64,000 bases of DNA from Rhizophagus irregularis (taxonomy: Eukaryota), in NCBI RefSeq assembly GCF_026210795.1, contig NC_089435.1:3348001-3412000 (forward strand), written 5' to 3'. The notes below the pieces were generated by a model, which did not search any database, was not told where the DNA came from, and saw only the letters and a list, made by a program, of their open reading frames with translations. Every line of letters begins with the position of its first letter. Within the stretch, counting starts at the first letter, position 1. Positions 36,403 to 48,759 of this stretch are shown piece by piece. The position numbers and the translations under genes were made by a program.

Positions 36403-39400
36403 TTACTTCATAAAATCAGTAATTTCTACTGAATCATTATTAATATTATCATCGTATTTTGGAAGATTTTTTGCAAAAGGATTAAGTAATCGAGAGGTAT
36501 AAATAGCTTCTGTATGTATTTGATTATTTTTACTTGGTAAAGGATTTGCTTTTCTATATTCTTCTGATTCTTTAAATTGCTTTCTAATTTCAAGATGTTG
36601 TTCTTCTACCTCAAAACCATATCTAAATGGTTTTATTGATACGTAAAATAAATCAATCATTTCTTTTACTTCAACAGAAGTTGGTCTATTGTCTAGATTC
36701 ATATCCCAACATGATTTCATCAAATCAATATAACATTTTGGTGCAATTTTCTCATTTATTTCAGGTCTATCCCCTTTATATATACTGATTGCTAGTATCT
36801 CATCATGAGAACAATCAGCAAAAGGCTGCTTTCCAGTTGCTACAAAATACATAATCATACCAAAGCTATATATATCAGCTGCTCGAGTATAAGGCTTTCC
36901 TCTTAATACTTCAGGAGCAACATAAGGCATAACTCCATAAATATTTGTCTCATCAGTGTCTCCAATTTTTTTACACAATCCCATATCAGAAATACATGCA
37001 TTATAATTATAACAATTATAACTATTAAATAAAAAATCTTTGTCTTGTATTTTTGTAAGTAATATATTTCCTATATGAAGATCACAATGAACCATCCATT
37101 TCTGATGAATTTCGGTAAGCCCTCCAATAATACTATATAATATTTTTATTTGATTAACCCAATGAAGTTTTTCATAATTTTTATTTAAGTAATCCTTGAA
37201 ATCTCCACCTTCTGCATATTCAAGTACTATGATATAATCTTTTGTATTTGGATTTTGTGATACTCCATACATTTTAAGAATATTGTCTAATTTTCGATTT
37301 TGATATGCTTTAACCTATAAGATAATATATTTTATTAATATACTTAATATATATGTGTAATTGCTACTAAAAAATATTTAAGTGCATACCTCATTTATAA
37401 AATCATCAAGGGAATTTTGTGTGTCATGCAAACATTTTAAAGCAACTATTGTATTTGGTTTTCTTCTCCAACCTTTATAGCCAAGAATATTTTCATCATA
37501 TTTTATTAAACCATCTTACCATATTGCTGAATATACTGTAGAAAAACCACCTTTACCTATTTCTTCAACATTATTAAACTGGTCATATGGTATCCATTCA
37601 AACATTATATCAGTTTGACTTAATTTCATTTCTTGAATTAAATCACTGATTTTTTCATTTTCATGACTCATTTGACATGACATACAGCTTTTATTAATTA
37701 TTTCAAATTCATTACACCACATTTTTTACAATAATACATGGGTTTAAGAACTAAAATAAAATCTTTTGTACTCGGATCTTCATAATTTTGTCCCATTCAA
37801 CATTTAATCTATAAAAGTATAATTATTATATCAATAATTATTATTATAATAATAAATAAAATAAATAAATTAGATTTTAGATTTATAGAAAAATTTATAC
37901 CTCACTTAATGTTTCAGTGATATCTCGTGAGTTATGCAAATATATTTACCTTTTCTTATTTCATTAATGTCAGTAAACCCAACATATGGTATCCATTCAA
38001 ATAATTTACTATATTTATCAGATTTTAATTGTACTTCTTGAATAAAATTATCAATTTTTTCATTTCCACTAGTCCAGTTTGTAAAATTATCTTTTAAATA
38101 ATTTATAATACATGGTTTGCACCATTTATAATAAGTATCATATTTATTACCGCATTTTTTACAATATTCATTAATATAATTTTGAGAATAAACCAAAATA
38201 TAATCTTTTGTATCTGGATTTTGAGATATTCCGTAGTAAGTATCGGTTAAATATGATTTGATCTGTCAAAATATGAAAAAAATTGAATATATTATATTAA
38301 TATTCAAAACAAAATTAATAAAAATTTTAATACCTTATTTATAAATTCGTCAGTAACTTCTTGTGAGTTATGTAGGTATCTTAAAGAAACTTTTTTGTAT
38401 GTACTATCCCAATTCTTATTATGTTGAGCATCATAACTTAATGGACCATTCTTCCATATTGCCGTAGTTAAGCCAAATTTTCCTATTTCATTAATATCAA
38501 AAACTCATCATATGGTATCCATTCAAATACTTCACAATCCTTCAATTGTATTTCTTGAATGAAATTATAAATTATTTTATTCCCACCAGTCCAGTTTGTA
38601 AAATCATTTTTTAGTTGGTTTATTCGACATAGATTACACCGATTAGTCCGTTCATAACTATAATTCTCATATTCCTTACCACATTTTTTACAATGTTTTC
38701 TAAAATAATAATCGGAAAAAACAAAAATATAATCTGTTGTACCTGGAGTTTTAGATATTCCGTAACATTGGCCTGCTAATAAAAATGATTCGACCTATCA
38801 AAATATGAAGAAAACAAATAAATATTAAACAGTATATTAATATTATTAATATTCAAACCAAGTTAATAAAAATTCAATACCTTATTTATAAATTCGTCAG
38901 TAATATTTTCCGAGTCATACGAAAACTTTAATGTAACTTTTTCATATGATCTTCTCATCCATCCCTTATTATATTGAGTATCGTAACTTAATGGTCCATC
39001 CTTCCATATTGCCATAGTTAAGCCACACTCTCCTATTTCATTAATATCAATAAACTTATCATATGGTATCCATTCAAACACTATATCACTATTATATTTT
39101 AATTGTTTTTCTTGAATAAAATTATCAATTCTTTCATTTCCACTTGTCCAGTTTGTAAAATTATTTGTTAAATAATTTATTTGACATGGTTGACACCAGT
39201 TGTAATACCTATTACTATTACCACATTTTTTACAACGACATTTAAGATAATCATATGAAAAAATCAAAATATAATCTTTTGTGTCTGGATTTTGAGATAT
39301 CCCGTAGCAAACTTCGCGGTCTAAATATGATTCAGCCTATCAATATGAAAAAAACATGAATAGAGGTGTTTTTTTTTTTGAAGTAGAACAAAAAAGAATA

Positions 39401-39759
39401 TTATATAAATTAATAAAAATTTTAATACCTTATTTATAAATTCATCAGCCGAGTCATACAAAAACTTTAATGTAACTTTTTTATATGATAATCTTGTCCA
39501 TCCTTCATTTTCATTATAAAATAAAGGACCTTGCTGTAGCCAAACCATTTATTCCTATCTCTTTAATGTCAATAAACTCATTATATGGTATCCACTCAAA
39601 TATTATCATTATATTTCTAGGGTTGTCGTTAAACTTTAATTGTTTTTCATGAATGAAATTATCAATTATATTATTCCCACTGGTCCAATTTGCAAAATTT
39701 TTTATAATAATTTCCTTCCCACTGTCAAAATCTACGATATACTCTGTAAGTAATTCCAT
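36403..39759 (-). pseudogene. TKL-type protein kinase with five tandem N-terminal modules; disrupted upstream, last exon open
   Basis: Repeated exons carry CxxCG..WCxxC..NWTSGN..IDNFIQE..FEWIPY..EIG. The last exon (about 37314-36403) has HCDLHIGN, ISDMG, YGVMPYVAPE and DIYSFG. Lesions: frameshifts at about 39530 and 38500, a deletion/stop at about 37906, and an in-frame TAA at 37516-18. Confidence 0.8.
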
Positions 39760-40182
39760 TGAAGGTTAAAATTTTTGAATGAAAATAACCCGATTTTTGA
39801 AAATTACTAAAAAAATTGTTTTTTTAACTGACAATGAGACACATGACTAGTACAAAACTAACAAAGAAAACGTGGCGTAATGGTAACGTTTCGATCAGTT
39901 TTACTTGATCATCCGATTGTGTGCATCTAATTTCTGGATGATCGACATAATCTATATCTATAAAAAAAAAGTAAAATTCAATAAATTTTAAAACTATTAC
40001 CTTTTTTGAATATTGACAGAAATTATGAATTGTACGACTATTATCGGGAAAATATATAAATAGGTAACAAGAGATTCATTCTATCTATAATACGATTGTT
40101 ACCTTTTTATGTATTTGCTGTTCTGAAAATTAATTAAATTTATCCGGCGGATGACACAATAGTTTTACAAATACTTTTTCCA

Positions 40183-41872
40183 CTGTCTTGTTCAAAAATA
40201 TTCTCGGGAAAATTACCAGAATTAATATATGATATTTTAAAGTATTTTAAAAATGATTTTTCAACTTTATATTCATGTATTTTAGTTAACAGATTATGGT
40301 GTCGTTTAACAATTCCATTATTATGGGAAACCCCATTTTCAAATCCTCCGTATGTGAAATATTATTTTTGTTGTTCAATAACAAAAAATTATAACTTTAT
40401 TGAAATTTATTTACATAATTTAAATGGAGATTTAAAAACAAAATTAAATGAATATGGAATCGAGGATAATTTATTTCCTTCAAATACACTTTTCAATTAT
40501 CCTAGTTTTATAAAATATTTGAATACATTGGAGATTAAACTTTCTACTTATGAGTGGTCTAAAAATGCTATTAAAAATTTGAAACCTGAAAAAAGAAACA
40601 GTATTTAATTGAGAATGATGATTTTGAAAGATTGATTCGAATGTTATTAATTAAACTATTTTATTGATAATGAGACAAATTTACATACTTTTGATATATT
40701 AAAATTAATTAATTTACATCAAAATCTTTAAAAAATTTTTTAAAGGCTAATGACTTTCTTTTATATCAATCATTATTACAGTCTAACCTCGATATACCGA
40801 TATTCGATATACCGATATACTATTAAAAACTTGATATACCGATAAAATTTTATTTTCCCACTATATGTGAGGACATATAAATATCGGTATAACTTTGATA
40901 TAACGATATTTTCTAAAAATTTCATATATGTCCCGACATATCGTTATATAAAGGTTTGACTGTATTAACAAATTGTTCAAACACTTTAAAAATACTACCA
41001 CATTATGTCGCGTTAATTTTAAAAATATAATCAATTTAGATAAAATATGAATCTTCATTGTTACGAAAATCGTGATATTGTAAAAGTCATATTCCCCTCA
41101 TTAATAATTAAATTTTCTTTATCATTAACAGAATTAATGTTGGATGAATGTTATATACCTTTATCATTTATAACTAAGTTTATAAATTCAACAAGTACTT
41201 GAAATTTTTTTAAAAGCTAATTCATTTTATGATTTTGATCAGTTACAATACATTCATTTTTCAAAATTTTCAATTTGAAATTTTTAGTTTCATTCCCAAA
41301 ATTAGATTTTAGTAATTAATGGAAAAAACTTAACAGTTAATAGAATTGAATATATCTAAAAATCCTGATAATTCATTAAATTCGGTAATAGCTAAATTTT
41401 ATCCAAACCTTAAAATCTTATCAGGAACGTCACGTACACACACATAAATACGTGTCGATCCTACTTTAATGCACTAACACGTGATCATATTACCATAGTC
41501 TTTGAGGTGAATGAATTTGAAACTTTTAAATTAAATACTAAATAATTGTCAAGATTTAGAAATATTCAGATTTGAATATATTATTGAATGTTTTAATATT
41601 AAAACCTTCTTTAAGGTTTTCAACAAAATATGCATAAAAAAAATTTTTATTAATTAAATATGAATCGGGGTTGTCTTGAAAGTTTTTTAACATTTGAAAA
41701 AACTTGTGAAGAATTAGAAGAATTTTTACAAATTGGAAAGATCGTAAATCACTTTCAATAGTTATTAGTAATTGCTATGAGAATTTAGAAGAATAAATGA
41801 AAATAATGATTGAAAAATATAAAAAATGTGTATTATTAGGGAATTTAAAACTACAAAGTATATAGAAACTTA
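40183..41872 (+). pseudogene. F-box-like/LRR pseudogene (same family as 7040-8815)
   Basis: CTG stands where the ATG is expected, then SCSKIFSGKLPELIYDILKYFKNDFSTLYSCILVNRLWCRLTIPLLWETPFS..LFNYPSFIKYL. Stop at 40608, further frameshifts, and a MITE inside LYQSLL/LTNCSNTL. Later remnants include KFYPNLKIL and IEKYKK. Confidence 0.8.
40779..40962. mobile_element. Tc1/pogo-type MITE (184 bp) inserted in the F-box pseudogene
   Basis: TIRs CAGTCTAACCTCGATATACCGATA / TATCGTTATATAAAGGTTTGACTG, TA duplication at 40777-78 and 40963-64, and internal GATATACCGATA repeats. Confidence 0.9.
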
Positions 41873-43652
41873 ATATCCTAATATAGAGTAAGTACTTTTA
41901 AAATAAATAATATTGCAAATAACAAAAAAAAAAATTTTTCCTCATTGAAAATTCTAAATATTCTTAAACCTTTTTAAATTTAATAATTATTCTATTTTTT
42001 ATTTTTTTTAAAAAAAAGAGAGTTACAAGTTACAACATCATACTTTGAAATTTAATTTAAAAGTGAAAATAGTTTTTTTTTTCTGCTAGTTAATAATTAA
42101 AAGTGAATTTTAACATTTCTTTTAAAATGATTTATAACTCCTTCGATTTTCACGTTATGTTCTACACGACTTTGAATAAACATTTTTACGTGATATTCAA
42201 TACAAAATAGCGTAAAAAAATCTAAAAATATGTAAAATAAAATAATGCTTGCTCTTGGCCAGATGTATGGTAAATTAACCTACAACTGTTTCTCCTGAAC
42301 ACCACGTAGAGGTAGCAAGCTTCGTTCAGGGAAAAAAAGAAACCACTTACCTGTAACCTTATACAACCAGTTTATAATTAATAGGATTAAAAAAAAAATA
42401 ATAATATTTGAGTTGTTAAGAACAAAAATTTGAGCAGAGACGTTCGGACATATAGATATATAATATAACAACATTCACAACTTGACCAATTCTATATGTA
42501 AACTGTGTTTTTTTAGTTATGTTCTGGCCCCAGATACGACTACTTATGCGCAAGCACATCAAAACAACAAGAAAGACAAGAAAGAAAATTATAAAAGACG
42601 TAAAAATCAAAACAAATAAAAAAAATGCACAAGCGCATCAGAACAAGAAAGAAATTATTTTTGTAAAATCAAAAATAAGCTTTCTCATCCCCCCATCTAA
42701 TTATTTGGTTTACATATATACACAATACGTACTATGTACATACATACATAAAATACGTACGTATATATACGTAATGTGGGAAAGTCGAACGAGCAATAAA
42801 CACAGGTTTCTCTACTCAAATTTCATTAAAAATTTGTTTAAGTATGGTTTAACTTTTAACGGGTTTTTTCAACTTTTTCAACGTGGCGTCGGTCGGTTTT
42901 AAAATGTGATACGGAGTTGGTTGTACCTTACCTCTTACCATACTTAACAAAAAAACAAAAGAAAAAAAAACGAGAAAGAGAAAGGAAAGAGGGGTTAAAG
43001 TGAATAAAGAGAAAAATAGCTATTTTATGTATTTTAATCATGTATTACTTAAAATCATGAATCATGATTGATTGTAATGAGTAAGATTCTCACGTCATTA
43101 TATACATCACGTCATATTTTATCAAAACCAAGATTTTGTGTAACTTAAATCATTTTCAAATAATTATCACGTTATTAAGATACTAATTAGGATGACGTTG
43201 ATACCATTCCATTCCGGTAATATTTTTAATTATGTAAGCTAAAGAAAATTATAAACAATAACAGTAATTTCCGGTAACGAAAATTTTTTTTGGTAACTCG
43301 TTTTAGACAAGAAGATAATGGATGTAAGTAATAAACAAGTATTTTATATTTCTTAGCGTTAGAAATTTTTTTTTAAAAAAAAACATCAGACGGATTGCAA
43401 AATCATCTACGTGATACTATGCAGGACTATGTAGCAAACTCCTACAAAGTTTAAAACATCGATCTTTTGTATTACCGATAATGTACCGAATACCGATGAT
43501 GTAAATTTGTTTGGTTCCTGCACAATGTAAACAAAGCCTTCTTTGACAACGATAACGACAAAAATCTCAATAACTAGGATTAAGTTGGTCAAATATTAGC
43601 TGACATCTTTGAAAAACAAAAGATTTTACTGAGCAACATTGTGATGAATTAT

Positions 43653-43873
43653 AGGACCCCGAAAAATACATAAAAAGGTCACATTTGAGTTTGCTTAAAA
43701 AGAACCCAAATTTTCATGAAAATCTTGCCTTTTTTAGATAGTGCCGGCCTAAATTTTATTGTCCGTTTTGATACTGGCCAGCATTATCATAATTCCGGCC
43801 CTGAAAAATTGCTTATTTTAGGCCAAAATCTTGCCGATCATTTATGACCTCCATATGTATTTTTCGGGGTCCT
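43653..43873. mobile_element. MITE (221 bp) with perfect 20-bp TIRs and an 8-bp target-site duplication
   Basis: TIR AGGACCCCGAAAAATACATA / TATGTATTTTTCGGGGTCCT; TGAATTAT directly repeated at 43645-52 and 43874-81. An 8-bp TSD is typical of the hAT, P and Merlin superfamilies. Confidence 0.93.
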
Positions 43874-45473
43874 TGAATTATCCATTTTATTGAAAGACTC
43901 GGCCCGTTTTTAAATGGACTTCCACTCGTAACATCTATATCATTACCGACGGTTAATTTAATCTGTCATACCTGATCCCAACATGACGTATATACTATCT
44001 TTGCATCATAGTATGCGTCGTTAAATCCTAATTAACCTCACTATTGATATATATCAAAATATTTGGAAACTACATTGTGAATTATTCAAACAAATGGAAT
44101 ATTCTACAACTCCAAACGCGGCTTCAGACAACGCCAAAATGCACACCAAAACGCGTTTCAGCACCAAATTTGCGCTGAAATATTAACACTTTTAAATATT
44201 ACTCTCTGTACGATCCTCCACCTAATCCACAATTCTGGATCCAATGGTCGCCAAATAATTTCTTACATAATAGCTCTTGGTTACGTTTTTTGAACTCTTC
44301 TTTCAATTATTTTGCTGCCTCCCGTAATTTTTTAGTCGCCATTTGTAAATAAATTTACAATAGCGACTACGCTCTTTGTAGTTGTGTCATTTCGATTTTC
44401 ATTTTCGAAGGGTGGGATTGTCAATATGGTGAACGGTGGTTTAAAAAAATGTAATCTTGCTTATGTCCGTCGTTATTGTAGTTATTTTTTGACTTATTTT
44501 CTTTGACTACTCTTCTTGTATAAAAACAAATAAATAAATATTATAAATAAAGTAAGTTGGTGTGTTGTCACGTTCCTTCTAGTATTCCACTTAACGCTGA
44601 TCCAAAGCGAAAATCTTAAAATTTACTGCGTAAAACAAGAAAATAAGAAAAACTATAAAATTTTTTAACTACATTATGTTACTGTAAAATTTTCAAAATG
44701 TACAGTATGCGGGTCATAACAGGAACTTTTTTTTTTTACTGTATAATCAGTTCTGTTTCAAAATTGATTTAAAAATGGGATATCGGTATACCGGATATTA
44801 GTAAAACCAAATTGAAGGCTGACTTTTAAGTTATACTTTTAATTTTATTTAATTTTATAGAGCTAAACAAGTAAAACAAGTATTAATAAACAATTTTTTA
44901 TTTATATTTTAATAGATAAGTTTTATTAGGACAGTTACTGTATTTACTGTATGTGTATGATACGCGTTGTAACAATAATTTTATTGGCTTTTAATTTTGA
45001 CCGATTTCCAGCAAGGTGTTTAATAAAATTATATATATTTACTCTGATATAATAATTATATAGTAATGGGTCAAACGAATGGGGATCAGGTGATGAAAAA
45101 AATTTTTACTATGAGCTGTACGCGCCGGAATTATGATAATGTCAGTCAGTAATTATAATAAGAAATAAATTCTGACTGGTATTATTAAAAATTGTCTAAA
45201 AAAGGAAAGATTTTATTTATTTATTTTATGTGAAGTCGGCAAGGTACATAAAAAGATATCAACGATCGAAACTAAAAAAGGAAAGATTTCACTTGACCCT
45301 TTTATATATATTCTTGGGTCCTCGTCATCTGATGAGTCATGAAGTTGGATCATCTGTTGATCCGAAGCCAACTTGAAATTTATGTAACACAACGTTTTAA
45401 AAAGAAAATTAATTATAATTCAGGCCAGGATTATAAATTGGCCTGAATTACTGCTGATCAATAGTAATCATGT

Positions 45474-45546
45474 GAGACGGATTATCTGACGGATGAAATT
45501 TTCTCGGATGTGACGGATGACTGATGATCCGCGGATTGGAACACTA
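45474..45546 (-). mobile_element. Solitary hAT-like transposon end
   Basis: Minus strand reads TAGTGTTCCAATCCGCGGAT followed by repeated ATCCG(T) motifs. No partner end was seen. Confidence 0.4.
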
Positions 45547-45648
45547 GTCACAAAAATAGTAATTTTTGTATACAGTAATACAAATAAGTAATATTTATTT
45601 GTTTATATAACTAAAATTTAAAATTATAATTAACTCAAATTAATTAAT

Positions 45649-47392
45649 ATGTATGAAAAGCCAAAAGACTTATGGAAGGTTACTGATGTTAATAAATATC
45701 AGGTAATATCAATTTAATATTTTTAATAATTATAATTATTTTATTGAATTTTGTAATTAAAAATGTTAATAATTTTTTGTCTATTAAAAGCTCCATGTTA
45801 CAATTTCTTCTATTGATTCAACTATTAAATCAGAAAATGTAGATGAAAGAGTAGTTTATAAAGAAGATTTAGAAAAAAGAAGACAAGCATATGGAATATG
45901 TGGAGAATGTAAAGAACCTGGCACAGGATATAGATGGTGTCAACCTTGTAATTCTAAAAGATTTAAAGGTAACTTTAAAAATTGGACTTGTGGAAATAAA
46001 GTTATTGATGAATTTATACAACAATCACAACTTAATGCTGTACATTATACTAAATGTCTTGAATGGATACCTCTTAAAAAATTTCAAAATATCACTTATA
46101 TTGCAGAAGGTGGTTTTGGTAAGATTTATTCTGCTGAATGGCCTGAAGGACATATTACATATTGGGATATTGAAAATCAAAAATGGTTTAGATTCAAACA
46201 TTTTGATAAATATGTATTAAAAAGTTTGAATAATTCTTCTAATATATGTTCAGATTTTTTAAATGAGGTATTTTAAACTTACTTTGTCTTAATATATAAA
46301 GTTTGTTATTTGCATTTATTTATTAATTAAATTTTTCCTTTTTGATAATAATTAGATTAAATCTCATCTTCAGATTTATCTTGATGATATTGTTCGATGT
46401 TATGGAATTACTCAGGATCCAAATAATAAAGAGTATATGATGGTTTTATTATATTGTGAAGATGGAAACTTGAGAAATTATTTAAATGAATCTAATGATT
46501 ATATTAATTATAAATCGAAAATTGACAAATTACAACAAATTGCAAGAGGACTTTTAGATATTCATAATGCTGAAAAAGTTCACAAAGATTTTCATTCAGG
46601 CAATATATTATTTAGTTATCATCCATTTATAAGTGATTTAGGAATGTGTCAACCAGTGAATATAAAACAAACAGTTAAAGAAGAAAGAATTTATGGAGTA
46701 TTACCATATATGTCACCAGAAGTTTTACGTGGATACCAATATACAAAAGCAGCAGATATTTACTCATTTGGAATAATAATGAACGAATTTCTTTCTGAAG
46801 AAATTCCTTTTAATGATATTCCTCATGATGAATTTTTAGCTATTAAAATATGTAAAGGACTTAGACCAACAATTTCTAATGACATACCAAAGTTACTTGC
46901 AGATTTGATAATAAAATGTTGGGATGCTGAAATAGAAAATAGACCAACCATTAAAGAATTGTATCAAATACTAAAAGAATGGTATTATAACAATAATCAA
47001 AATAGTGAAATTTATTCTCAAATAAAAAAATATGATAAAACTAGAGAAGAAAAATTCAAAACCAGGTCAAATGAAGATAAGTTTGAAAGTATTAAAATTC
47101 ATCCTCAAGCAATCTATACGAGTAGACTTTTAAGTTTCAAAAATCTTCCAGAACCTGTAAATTCATCAGATTTATCCTCATTTCAAGTTAATTCAGGTAT
47201 AATCTTCAATTTTAATTATGAAAAAATCTTATTCAAGTTTTGACAATAACAATCTTTATTAATAATAGATGATGTCCCATCAGTATCAGAGACTCTAAGT
47301 AAGTATAATCATTAATACTTTTTGTATTATAATTTATATTTTATTTTAACATTGTTTTGTTAGTTTCAGAATGTTTTGATTGTAAAATTTAG
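45649..47392 (+). CDS. TKL-type Ser/Thr/Tyr protein kinase with Cys-rich N-terminal module, 5 exons, apparently intact
   Basis: Exons at about 45649-45702, 45791-46267, 46356-47196, 47269-47298 and 47364-47392. Motifs CGECKEPGTGYRWCQPC, LEWIP, AEGGFGKIY, VLKSL, HKDFHSGN, ISDLG, YGVLPYMSPE and DIYSFG; ends ISECFDCKI*. Confidence 0.9.
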
Positions 47393-48759
47393 CGAATCAG
47401 ATAAAATAATTTATTTAAAGTGATTTATTATTTTATTGATAGTTCTCTCGTCAAATTTTATTTAATTATTTTAATAATATAATTCAATTGAAATTATTTG
47501 AATAGACAATTTGAATGTATCTTAGTGGAAATTATTATGATCGGTCAAATATGCAAAAATATATATATGATATACAGTATATATATTTATTAAAAATACA
47601 TTAAAAATACATAATTTATTGAGAGGGTTTTGTGTTAAAAAGAGGCGTTCAACTTTGATTACAAACGTTAGAAAGCAAAATGCTTGACAAATAGCATTCT
47701 GATATCATGATTAAAAAAAAATTATTTAAGTTATAAGGATTATTAAGCATGGCAAAGAAGTAAATAATTTTTAAATCGGTTATTATTAAAAGCGATAGTT
47801 TTTTTTTATCTGAATAAATTTAAAATGATTTTTTTTCTTTTAACAATTAAGAAGTAAGAAGTTACCTACTGTAAGAATTTAATTGAACTTATAACTAAAA
47901 AACATTCTTCTGACGCCCTCATTTGAATTGTGTAACAGGAAAACCCGGGATATTACTATTGGATCATGTGTAAGTTCCAATGGCCAATAAGTGAGATTTG
48001 TGTGGCTAATCCAGTTCCGGTTAATGAAATTTTGATTGGTTTTTTCCTTATAATGTTAACGAAAAAAGTTGCACTTCCTTATTAGTAATATATTTTGTAT
48101 AAATATTTATGAATTTATTTCCGGGGGATTATCTTTAAATTCACATTCTCTAGTATCTTCTCAGGACGAGTTGATGGGCTGCAGTGCAGAGAAGATCGTA
48201 TCACTGCAGATATCAAAAAAAATTTTCGGTTTTTAGATTTTTTTTTTTATTTTAAAATCTGGGTAACCGATATTTTTTTAAACCTTTTTTTTCGGTTTGG
48301 TCTTTTTCTAAAACCGAAATTTTTTTTCGAATTTTTTTAAACTTTTTTTTAAACTTTTTCCTTCGGTTCGGCTTTTTTTCTAAACCCTAAATTTTTTTTT
48401 CATTTTTCTTTTTCGATTTGGTTTTTTTTAAACCGAATTTTTTTTCCTTTATAATCTATACTATATTTATATATTGTTATATAGTACATTATTATTTATT
48501 TTATTTTTTAGACTTAAATCGAGATCAGTAATCGGATTGACACTGCGATGTTACGGTAAGCACGATCCTTATTTTTAATAATAATTTTTTTTCCTAATTA
48601 TTCTTGAATATATAGAAAGTAAGTAACGGAAATTGGCTAAGTAAGTAACGTAAAGTCACATGATCTATTACGTTACTTCTCTTATATAAGGTACGGAACG
48701 TAAATTTTTTTGGTAAATACTTTACGTTACTCTTATTGCTAATTGGCCACATGATCGCG

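Noticed and set aside
39871..39890. tRNA D-arm/A-box-like CGTGGCGTAATGGTAACG
   Set aside because: No acceptor stem, anticodon arm or T-arm (GTTCRA) follows.
42776..42800. GTGGGAAAGTCG resembling RNase P/MRP conserved region I
   Set aside because: No downstream CR-V/P4 partner could be found.
42519..42902. 127-aa Lys-rich ORF
   Set aside because: Compositional (A-rich) and motif-free; the region looks non-coding.
45320..45385. CTGATGA...GAAA hammerhead-like core with AAGTTGG/CCAACTT stem
   Set aside because: I could not form stems I and III or place a cleavage triplet correctly.
45891..46220. 109-aa ORF in the supplied track
   Set aside because: Wrong frame; the real exon is the overlapping kinase N-lobe frame, which lacks an internal start codon.
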